A stretch of 64,000 nucleotides of DNA from Octopus bimaculoides (Eukaryota): the NCBI RefSeq assembly GCF_001194135.2, contig NC_068982.1, positions 5,592,585 to 5,656,584 on the forward strand, given 5' to 3'. The position numbers and the translations under genes were made by a program. Within the stretch, counting starts at the first letter, position 1. Every line of letters starts with the position of its first letter. Below the pieces are notes generated by a model. That model did no database searches. It saw nothing but the letters and a program-made list of their open reading frames with translations, and was not told the origin of the DNA. Positions 25,301-36,293 of this stretch are shown here, piece after piece.

Positions 25301-26123
25301 NNNNNNNNNNNNNNNNNNNNNNNNNNNNNNNNNNNNNNNNNNNNNNNNNNNNNNNNNNNNNNNNNNNNNNNNNNNNNNNNNNNNNNNNNNNNNNNNNNNN
25401 NNNNNNNNNNNNNNNNNNNNNNNNNNNNNNNNNNNNNNNNNNNNNNNNNNNNNNNNNNNNNNNNNNNNNNNNNNNNNNNNNNNNNNNNNNNNNNNNNNNN
25501 NNNNNNNNNNNNNNNNNNNNNNNNNNNNNNNNNNNNNNNNNNNNNNNNNNNNNNNNNNNNNNNNNNNNNNNNNNNNNNNNNNNNNNNNNNNNNNNNNNNN
25601 NNNNNNNNNNNNNNNNNNNNNNNNNNNNNNNNNNNNNNNNNNNNNNNNNNNNNNNNNNNNNNNNNNNNNNNNNNNNNNNNNNNNNNNNNNNNNNNNNNNN
25701 NNNNNNNNNNNNNNNNNNNNNNNNNNNNNNNNNNNNNNNNNNNNNNNNNNNNNNNNNNNNNNNNNNNNNNNNNNNNNNNNNNNNNNNNNNNNNNNNNNNN
25801 NNNNNNNNNNNNNNNNNNNNNNNNNNNNNNNNNNNNNNNNNNNNNNNNNNNNNNNNNNNNNNNNNNNNNNNNNNNNNNNNNNNNNNNNNNNNNNNNNNNN
25901 NNNNNNNNNNNNNNNNNNNNNNNNNNNNNNNNNNNNNNNNNNNNNNNNNNNNNNNNNNNNNNNNNNNNNNNNNNNNNNNNNNNNNNNNNNNNNNNNNNNN
26001 NNNNNNNNNNNNNNNNNNNNNNNNNNNNNNNNNNNNNNNNNNNNNNNNNNNNNNNNNNNNNNNNNNNNNNNNNNNNNNNNNNNNNNNNNNNNNNNNNNNN
26101 NNNNNNNNNNNNNNNNNNNNNNN

Positions 26124-26412
26124 GCGGAATTTGAACTCAGAACGTAAAGACAGACGAAATACTTCTAAGCACTTCGCCCGGCGTGCTAACGTTTCTGCTA
26201 GCTTGCCGCCTTCTTAAAAATATTCATTTCTACTCTAGGCACAAGGCCCGAAATTTTGGGGGAGGGAACCAGTCGATTAGATTGATCCCAGTACGCAACT
26301 GGTATTTAATTTATCGACCCCGAAAGGATAAAAGGCAAAGTCGACCTCGGCGGAATTTGAACACAGAACGTAAAGACAGGTGAGCTAACGATTCTGCCAT
26401 CTCGTCGCCTCC
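26124..26412 (-). mobile_element. Two tandem SINE-B units (head fragment plus near-full copy)
   Basis: Junction gccgcc-ttcttaaaaatatt-catttctactctaggcac. Confidence 0.85.
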
Positions 26413-26856
26413 ATTACGATAATAACATCTTTGTCTCATTTTGTGGCGATTCTAAAGCGTGGGGAGCAAATCAATTACATCGATTGCAGTGCTTGACTAA
26501 TATTTGTTTTACCGATCCTGAAAGGATGAAGGACAAAGTCAACCTTTTAGGTGCAAGGAAAATTTTTTAAAGGGAGTTTGAGGACTTGTGCCCTAGTAGC
26601 TGTCCTCTAAGAGATGAAATGCTAAATTACTTCCAGCGAAATTTGAACTCTGAACAGGAAGAACAAAAAATCGAGCTGGATGGAACTGAACCAGGAGGTA
26701 TGGAGGTCGACTCTTTAGCATCACGGCTATAATAATAATGCGGGAACAGGTCTATTATGTTTGAACCTTTTCTTATTTCTTTTTCCCCACTTAAATGTGT
26801 TCCATTTATTATAATGGTGTCTCTTTGGTTGTCAGTGAAATGTCAGTGTGACGGTA

Positions 26857-26890
<34 letters not shown>

Positions 26891-27340
26891 GGGAGGAGGG
26901 AGGGAGAGAGAGAGAGAGTGGGGGACCTGAATTTGAACACTGTGAGATGGGGTAAGGCTATAGTTGGTAGAATTGAACCAATTTCAGCTGGAGAAAGAAG
27001 AGATCGGGATAAATACGACAAACCGGATAGACGTTGTTATGTCGCTGTTTATTTTTCATGCAACTCTTTTGTATTCTGGACAATTAATAATCATTTAGCA
27101 CAAATCAAATGTGGTTTAGAAGGACGTATGAAGGAACATATAAAGAACGAATTAATGATATCATTTAGAGAAATAACCACCATGGTTTCAGGATATATCT
27201 ATATTCGTACTAATAGGCTAACTTGAAGCTCGTTCATTAATACAGAAGCTATTATTTATCATTCCAGCTCTAACAATTACAAATACATTTCTTACATTCC
27301 AGGATGAGTTTATTATTTTACGAAATAAGTCCGTATAACA

Positions 27341-28166
27341 GGCGCGGGCGTGACTGTGCAGTAAGAAGCTTGTTTCCCAATTACATGGTTCCGGGTTCAG
27401 CCCAACTGAGTGGTACTGTAATCGGTATTTTTTTTGGCTATCTCAACCCCGTTAGAAAATTGGGTTATCTCTCTCCGCCCCCGTTTTACGAGAAATATCG
27501 GTACTTTTGGTTATCTCCTTCAACTAAAAAAAATGTTTAACCCTCAATAAAAGAAATAGAGGAGAAATAAAAAATTAATAAACATAAAAAGTGAAAAGAC
27601 GAAACATCGTTTTGAATCTGATATTTTTTATAAGAAATCATACAAAACTGAAAAAATTAAACAGCTTACTGAATCTGATAACATTTTTAAAACAAATCCT
27701 ACCATTCCTATTGAGGAGGCCAAAAGTCAATAATGCGTTGAAATATTGAATGAAAAGGATCTCAACTCTTTTAATCCAATCTCTTGTCGCCACATTAACT
27801 CGGATTTTTTAGTGGCAATTTTTTAATGGGGGTGAGATAACCAACAAGTACCCTTTGGTCAAGTGTCTTCTACTAGAGCTTCGGGCCGACCAAAGCCTTG
27901 TGTGCCTTATACGGAAACTGAAAGAAGTTCATCACACACACACACAGACATACACGTGTGTGTGTGTGCGTGTTTGCTTCCTCAACCGCTCGACAGCCAG
28001 TGTTGGTATATTTACGTTCCCCGTAACTTAGTAGTTCAGCAAAAGAGACCGATAGTATAATTACTAGCCTTTAAAAAGCGTACTGGGGTCGATTAATTCG
28101 ACTAAAAGTGCTCAAGGCAGTGTTCCAGCATGGCCGCAGTCTAATAACTGAAACCAGTAAAAGATA
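27341..28166 (+). mobile_element. SINE family A interrupted by MITE E
   Basis: Head at 27341-27417 resumes at about 27854 (tttggtcaagtgtcttctac) and runs to the tail. Confidence 0.8.
27423..27853. mobile_element. MITE family E (unclassified TIR element)
   Basis: About 37-bp TIR (ggta-ttttggttatctcacccccattaaaaaattg). A homologous copy lies at 47643-48167 in the opposite orientation. Confidence 0.8.
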
Positions 28167-29851
28167 ATTTCCTGAGTTCTAGTCTCGTTTCTGATTATTA
28201 TTATATCTCGGAGGTGAATTCTTTAAACACTCCTTTTGATTTTTCATGCAAAACGAATATATGTAGTAATTAACCTAATTAGCTATTAAACGATGAAGAT
28301 CATGCTTGTGGTTCTCAAAATCTATGAAAGTTGCATTGACGAAAGAGAGAAAAAAACTATGAAAAGCACATAACTACAAAACTATTAGGTTGAAACTGAA
28401 CTGTTAGACTTATACAAGTTAGACTTCTTTCATCTAACACTCCATGGTCCGGCAACTCCAATAGACCGGTACTTTTTTAATCTAGCGCCATTGGTTGTTT
28501 GATCTGCCACCAAGGAAGCTATAAGTCGCCAAATATTATTTACTGCAGCTAAATGTTCTGGGGCAGTAAAGAGACCGTTAGAAGAAGTGTACGGGTTGTC
28601 GATGAATTCGACTAAAGGTGTTTAAGGCAGTGCCCTAGCTCATTTCTGATAGTTTGCTGAATGGCATCCCAAAAATAAAGAGGGGAAATCGATGGTGCTA
28701 GTGGTAAATATCATAAGCACATATCTTTGTCCACGAAAGTAAATATGGAACTGCTGTCTTAAGCCTTGTTCTTGCTTTGATAAGACGTCAGTTTCTATAT
28801 ATGAGATGGCAAGACTATATAGGCCTTTCTTTAAGGTCGAATTTCTATTTTCTGGCATTTTCTGTGGCTAAGCAGTGGTCAAATCTAAAAGCTTTTGGAT
28901 TTAAAAGGTTCAAATCCTGTATGTATGTGCGTGTGTATAGCCAAGTTCGCATGTTGTGGAGTATAAGTGAGATGCCTTAGTGAGAATAGATTTAGACAAT
29001 CTGTCATGCGCCATCCAATACTGTTAATTAGTTGTGATTCTAAACAGATTACGTTAGTCTGATTTGCCAAAGTTTACCTAGCTGTTTGGCATGGACACTA
29101 CGTATCATATCAGAATGTCCTCATTATTAACCAGGCGGAGATTTATCTCACCCACTTTAATCCACAGTGAAAGAACCCCCTGGTAGCAACAAGTGTTTTC
29201 AAGGGTCAGAAAAATCCCTAGTGTATCACAGAATCAGTAAATCGATGAAATAAATACCTCTGCACGATTAAGTTACGTTCCGAGTTCAAACCCTTTTCTG
29301 GTCGATTTTATCTTTTATCCTTCCGGTGTCAATAAACAAAGTACAAGTCAAAGACTAGAGTCTATATAATCAACTGTTACCTTCCCCGCAAAGTTCTAGT
29401 CTTGTGCCGCTGTTAGAAATTATCTTTGTTATTACTGATGTTCTAATGGTTTCTTTGTACTCATTAAGATGCGTGCGATCTACAACATGGAAGTTTTTCT
29501 GTAACTAAGAACAACATCTGTGCCTATAATCAATCTAAAATATGAAGAGATTCTTGGAACGCTTATCCGTGCGTGAACGTGTTATCTGGAGATTTTCGAT
29601 TTTCTGTTTTGTACCATTCTTCACTGCTCGTAACCTTCCTAACATTACAGAGAGCATTTTTGAGTTTACTTTTCATGTTAAGTATTTCTGTTACCAGGTT
29701 TTTCTATGTGAATTTTTCAAACATAATTCTGGAGATTTTTGTTGTCTTTTGGGCATACCACGTCAACATGTCTACAAGCCTTGGATATTTTATCTACAAT
29801 GATATGAATGGAGTTTAGATATACATACATACATGCATACATACATACCTG

Positions 29852-29899
<48 letters not shown>

Positions 29900-29904
29900 C
29901 ATAC

Positions 29905-29939
<35 letters not shown>

Positions 29940-30362
29940 TGTATGTATTATTGAGAATCACATCGTCTTCATTTTTTCCATCAGTCTCTGAGATATATAC
30001 ATGTGACATTTTTTTCTGCTATCGGGCTTTCATTTCGTTACATATTTTACAGTGGCTTGTCTCCACACCCCGCTCAAACAAGAAACACAAAAAGAATCCA
30101 TCATATCATGTCTCCTGATGTTGCTTTGTTCCATATCAACCCTGTTCAAGCAAGCATTGCAATCATGACCATCCCATATTTTAGGCGCATACAGAACTAC
30201 ATTATCTAGTCCTTCCGTCCTAATATTTGTAATTGTTTTTTAATAAGGTATCTTTTCTAAAATTAATTACCCAGTATAACTGTAGATGATGCACAGACTA
30301 CCACTACTTGCATAACGTTTCCACATCTATCCTATCAAAGGAGATAATATAACGTACGTTAG

Positions 30363-30518
30363 CTTTCGGTCTAGTTTCCGTGAATCAAATCTACTCACAA
30401 GGCTTTAGTTGGCCTGAGGCTATAGTAGAAGACACTTGCTCAAAGTGCCATGCAGTGGGTCTGAACTTGGAACCAAGTGGTTGGGAAGCAAACCTCTTAC
30501 CATACATCCATGTATGCG
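30363..30518 (-). mobile_element. SINE family A, head half
   Basis: cacaaggctttagttggcctgaggctatagtagaagacacttgc... Confidence 0.8.
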
Positions 30519-30612
30519 TCTGTATCACTGGCGATATACTTTTCAGATAAACTCCTTTTTGGTATGCTGTACTTATTTGCCTTCATTGGTTTTTAATTAT
30601 TGATTTACATCT

Positions 30613-30882
30613 ATTCTTTTCTACTGTAGGCACAAGGCCCGAAATTTTGGGGGAGGGAGGCTAGTCTATTAGATCGACCTCAGTACGCAACTGGTACTTA
30701 ATTTATCGACCCTGAGAGGATGAAAGGCAAAGTCGACCTCAGCGGAATTTGAACTCAGAGTGTAAAGACAGACGAAATACTGCTAAGCATTTCGCCCTGC
30801 GTACCGGCTCGCCGCCATTTTCTGCCTGCTCGCTGCCCTTTTCTACCTGCTCGCCGCCCTTTTCTGCCAGCTCGCCGACCTC
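30613..30882 (-). mobile_element. SINE family B with a 17-bp TSD and tandemly repeated 5' end
   Basis: tgatttacatctattct at 30601-30617 and 30883-30899. A 21-bp unit is repeated about 3.5 times at 30807-30880. Confidence 0.88.
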
Positions 30883-31347
30883 TGATTTACATCTATTCTC
30901 GAACCAACGACTGCATTTATTTCTTGTTATTATTTACTGAATTAAGAAGTCGGTTACAATTCAACGTGGTGACTGATGTATTTGACAAACCTGACCTCCA
31001 GATTGCAGTTAGAGATGCAATGTTTCACAATATGGAAAGTATGTTCCAACGATATATTTGAATTAACATGTTATTCGAAAATCTAGGCTCAGCAAATCTT
31101 GTAACCAACTTTCCGTGTTGTTGTTGCTGTTGTTCCCTGCTACTGTCTTTTCTTGGAACGTACGATCACTAGTTGCATGGTTTGTGCAGCGAGTCATATC
31201 TCTTAGGCTTGCAATCTATTTGTGTTATTTTTGTGGCATGTTTTCTCAGCATAATTCAGTGCGACTCTGTACACTTGTGTACGTGTGTTTGCTATTGTAT
31301 TGGAAATGTTTTCTGTGATATGTTTGCTTTAATATCTAATATTAAGA

Positions 31348-31680
31348 TGCAGGGCTCAATGATTAGGGTTTGGACTCATGATCGTAAGAGTGCGGTTTCG
31401 ATTTCGGAACCCGACAATGCGTTGTGTTTTTGAGTAAAACACTTCATTTCATGTTGTTCCACTTCACTCAGTTATGCAGCCCGGCAGAATCCTTGCCGCG
31501 CCGTCTTAACAGAGTCGCAGCATTTCTTCCAAGTTCAAGTTCAAATTCCACCGGGTTCGATTTTGCCTTTCATCCTTTCAGGGTCGATAAAAGAAGTCCT
31601 GGTTGAGCCTTGGGATTAAGGTAATCGACTTAACCCCTCTTCCAAAATAGCTGGCTCTGTGCCAAAATTTGAATCCCATG
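31348..31680 (+). mobile_element. Degenerate SINE-C head (about 31348-31471) followed by SINE B (about 31475-31680)
   Basis: gatcgtaagagtgcggtttcgatt...tttgagtaaaacacttcatttca, then caagttcaaattccaccgggttcgattttgccttt... Confidence 0.7.
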
Positions 31681-31789
31681 TTTAACTCGAACATTAGTAA
31701 ACGGACGTCTGTTAAAGAAATATGGGCCGGGGGGGGNNNNNNNNNNNNNNNNNNNNNNGGGGGGGGGGGATTTCGTTAAGTTACATTCT

Positions 31790-32050
31790 GGATAAGAATG
31801 ATATGGGTGAAATATTAAATGAAAGAATTAGGTTTGAAACAGTATGGGTATGAAGAAGGAAGGAACTGGTGTTTGTCCAGCAGATCTGAGTGGAGGTGGC
31901 ATGTGACTAGCTAATTCTGAGGAGAAGCTCTCTGTTGTAGCAGGAGTAGACAGAGTGGAGAGACAGTACATTTGTAGGCCAGTGGTTGTACTATATTGGT
32001 AAGTGAGTCTTTACTTAATCAGGGCAATGGTTTGAGAAGGGGATGCGGTC
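31790..32050 (-). mobile_element. CR1-type LINE, 3' fragment
   Basis: Minus-strand remnant FSSELASHMPPPLRSAG..SSYPY resembles the CR1 ORF2 C-terminus. Confidence 0.6.
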
Positions 32051-32804
32051 TTGGTTATTTGCGTGTGTGGTGTGTGAGCAAGATAGATTGATAGATAGAG
32101 AGAGAGAGAGAAAGCGAGAGAGAACTTATGAAAAAGGCATTCCGTTTTGAGTCTTATTTGGTCTTCGTAAATTGTCGTCTGTAGCTGATCAGAACTTATG
32201 AATTTTCTGAACGTAAAGGGGAAGTTTCAAACTGGAATGTGTTTTTTGCAAATATGATGTGAGATCATGCATACAAACACAAACACACAAGACGAGAGAG
32301 AGTTATTAAAATCTACATCGACTTTGAGTGTTTAATTTGCATATTGTCCAAAACTAGCGAGAAGTAATGTATAAGAGGATTTCTTTTATCACGAATCGCA
32401 ATGGTAACGTTTACATTCCTATCCAAATGAGCATAAAACTCGCTTAATCTACTATCCTGTATATTTTGAATATAACTATATAAAAAAAATCAATGATTTC
32501 CTTTCTGGTATTGTTTAGCTAAAACCTGTTTCTCATGAGCAGCAGTGACAAGGGCCGTCTAATGTCCATGTATCGAGGCAGTCAAGTCACTTTTCATCCT
32601 TCGAAGAATTTTCGAACAAAAATTATAAATGAATTGATATCGTACTGATTCTGCTGTGCAGGACATTAGTCTTTTAGTACTCCAAAGACAGAAATAACTC
32701 TTGTAATTTCTTTTCTATATCTGTTTTGGGGTATGTTGCCCTGCGCGCGCGCGCGTGTTGGGTTTTTTTTGCTTGTTTCTTCTATCAAGATATATCTATG
32801 TATA

Positions 32805-33331
32805 CAGTAATCCCTCGCCATATCGCGGTTCACCTATCGCAGTTTATTATTAAAGCTTACGTCAATTCCTCCGTGGTCTTGTTTTGCATTCATAATAAAA
32901 TAAATATATGCAACACACTCACCGGTAAAGTTTCCACTAATTTACTTATTTATTTTTCCTAAAATTTTCGTTGCATCTTGCAACTTTTCCAATAGTCGTT
33001 AAGAGTCAACGACTCTTAAAAAGGTTGCAAGACGCAACGAAAATTTTAGGAAAAATAAATATGTAAATGAGTGGAAACTTTATCGGTGAGTGTGTTAAAT
33101 AATAAGGCACTAAAAGAGAAAGACTCTCCTCAGACACAACAAAATATGCTTCAACACACGAAGTCGCATAAAAAATCTTGCAAACCAAATCCCAAAACGA
33201 AATAAAATATAAACAAATTATAAAAATAATAAAAAATATATAAACAGTACAGTACTGTTTCTGCTTCGCAGATTTTCACCTACCGCGGCGGGTTTTGGAA
33301 CGTAAGACCCGCGATAGTCGAGGGACACCTG
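32805..33331. mobile_element. Tigger-type MITE with TA TSD and a long internal inverted repeat
   Basis: TA|CAGTAATCCCTCGCCATATCGCG ... CGCGATAGTCGAGGGACACCTG|TA. Confidence 0.85.
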
Positions 33332-33510
33332 TATTGATATACTTCAAGAAAAAGGCCTCTCTCTGTGTATATATATAATTTAATGCACACACTATAAAGA
33401 TACAAGCTACGAACAATTTCTTGCTTCGAAGACTATTAGTAGCTCGTATCTTTATGCTGTGGACATCAAATGATATTTATCTCTCATTGAATGGAGTAAT
33501 TTTTTGTTGA

Positions 33511-33886
33511 AGTGGCTGTGTGGTAAGAAGCTTGCTTCCCAACCATATGGTTCCAGGTTCAGTTCAACTACATGGTACCTTGGGCAAGTGTCTTCTGCTA
33601 TAGCCTCGGACCGACCAAAACCTTGTGAGGGGATTTGGTAGATGGAAACTGAAAGAAGCCCGTCGTATATGAATATATATGTATATATATAATATATGTA
33701 TTTGTGTCTGTGTTTCCCCCACCCCACCCTACCATCGCTTGACAACCAATGTTGGTGTGTTTACGGCCCCGTCACTTAGAGGTTCGGCAAAAATAATAAG
33801 CCTTGAGGTAGATTTGTTCGACTAAAGGCGGTGCTCCAGCATGGCTGCAGTCAGATGACTGAAACAAGCAAAAGAGTGAAAGAATA
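33511..33886 (+). mobile_element. SINE family A
   Basis: Head-to-tail match. Confidence 0.9.
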
Positions 33887-34065
33887 ACAGAACAGTAAAC
33901 TCTGTGTGTGTGTGTGTGTGTGTATTTGTAAAGCAAGAAGATGGAACTTTCCTCAGAAATCACAGAAATTGTTTCTGTGCATTGGTATCAGCTCTTAATT
34001 GCTGAGTTTTCAGTAAAAAGAGTAATCCAGGTTATGAGGTTATTACTTAAATGATATTAAACACA

Positions 34066-34096
<31 letters not shown>

Positions 34097-34442
34097 GCAC
34101 GCACGCACACGCATACAAAATCAACATTCTCTTTACCTCATAGTATACGAAGTTAGCCAAACTTAGGAACTCCACCAGTGATGAAATAATTGCTGTTAAA
34201 ATAAACTCCAGGTCAGTTCGGATCTTACTTCCCTATGACCATTTACATTCCAACTGCGAACACTCGGTCTTTGAGAGGTATCTAAGACTAAAATTTCCAA
34301 AGTTTCCTTGTCTTATTTAAGACGGCAGAGTGAAATGTGAGGGGTATCCAGCTGCTCTTTCCTGTAGGACGTTTATTTAATTATATCGATTCCATATGCA
34401 TGTATGTCAATTCTGTATAACCGGACTGCATATATACATACA

Positions 34443-34563
<121 letters not shown>

Positions 34564-34960
34564 GTCTGTCTGCCTGTCTGTCTGTCTGTCTGTCTACACA
34601 CACACACATACATACATACACACACACACACATTGTGCGTACCGTCTACTTGCATCGATATACCTATTTGCCTCTGTCAATGCATCAATCAGTTTTATGT
34701 CTACCAGCATTCGTCCCCATTCGTTCAAATAAATGTTATAGCGAGAAGCAGAAAACGTCACCAGGGTTAACGACGGTGATTTACTCACTTCATGTTCTCA
34801 TTTAACGACATTTACTGATACGTTTGTAACAAAATATATTGTTCAATTTGTTTCGTATCCTCTTAACTCAACAATAATGACTGACAATATTTCAACAAGT
34901 CGTAAAAACATGATATCACATAGTTACAAGTTGTTATGCTATAACACACACACACATGTA

Positions 34961-35007
<47 letters not shown>

Positions 35008-35786
35008 TGCATAAAACCATTGCCCTCTCCTCTTGCAATATGTAAATCATAAAGCCCTTATACATATGTTTATATATAATTATGATATATAAATGCTTTT
35101 TTTTTATATGTACTCGTTTAACAAACAGTCCTTATATTTGAATTTCAATTTATAAACGTTCAACGGAAAAACAAAAAACAAAAACAACCAAACCAAAAGC
35201 AAACATGAGAAAAATCCCGAGGCATTTCTATGATTTTGTACGAATATTTCGAGAATCACCTGATATGCCCCCTGACGGCCACCAATTACAGGGGAAACAA
35301 TCACTTCTAGATTAAATTAAGTTGAGACATATTTGAAAATCCGATAGTTGTATCAAAGAATGAAGAAGATATACAGAAGATATATATGCGTTCGACAACA
35401 GAATAATGCTCTCGATCAGCAGTGCTAAAACTGACGCATACCAGACGCAAGCTTTAAGGAAACATTAATGAACATTTTCAGTCTTTGTTCCTTTTTTTAT
35501 TGATGAAAAGAGAAAATAATGTTTGTATCATGGTAGTTTATCTTTCTTCGCCATACAGTTGGAGATGTTTAAAATAAACCAAGCATTGTGCCGAGCCCTC
35601 TCCCAATTTTTACAGCTAGTACTCCTATAAGGAACACTGATCCGGGTACTATCACAGTATCCCACAGTTGTGGTTTCAAATACTGTTGGGAGACATTTTC
35701 TCTTCAACATTTTGACATTTTTACCATACTTGCCAGTTTTCCAGTATTATATTGTAACAGACTCATTGAACCTTTATACAAAAGTT

Positions 35787-35860
35787 GGCTGGTTAATCGG
35801 TTGGTTAGAGCCCTGCGCTAAGAACGCGAATGTCATGGATTCGAACCCCCGTACTAGCCA
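35787..35860 (+). pseudogene. tRNA-Ile(AAT)-like pseudogene whose anticodon now reads AAG
   Basis: Aligns along its length to eukaryotic tRNA-Ile(AAT) as recalled. The 7-bp acceptor stem (GGCTGGT/ACTAGCC) is intact, but the D-, anticodon- and T-stems are damaged. Confidence 0.75.
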
Positions 35861-35873
35861 GATGTTTATGTAA

Positions 35874-36293
35874 GGCGTGACTGTATTGGTAAGAAACTTG
35901 CTTTTCAACTACATGACTGCGGGTTCAGTCCCACTGTGTGGCACCTTAGGCAAGTGTCTTCTACTATAGCCTCGGGCCGACCAAATCTTTGTGTGTGGAC
36001 TTAGTAGACGGAAACTGAAAGAAGCCCGTCTTATATATATATATATATGTGTGTATGTGTATTATGTATGTATTTATGTGACTGTGTGTCTTTGTGTCTG
36101 TGTATGTCCTCCACCACCGCTTGATAACCGGTGTTGGTTTGTTTACCTCTCTTGCGGTTCGGCAAGAGATACCAATAGAATAAATACGAGGTTTAGAAAT
36201 GATAAGGACCGGGGTCGATTTGTTGGACTAAAATTCTTCAGAAAAGTGCTCCGGCATGGCCGCAGTCTAATGACTGAAACAAGTAAAAGATAG
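35874..36293 (+). mobile_element. SINE family A
   Basis: Head-to-tail match. Confidence 0.9.

Noticed and set aside
35787-35860. Functional tRNA-Leu(AAG)
   Set aside because: The body is Ile-type with a short variable loop and has broken D- and T-stems, so it is better explained as a pseudogene.
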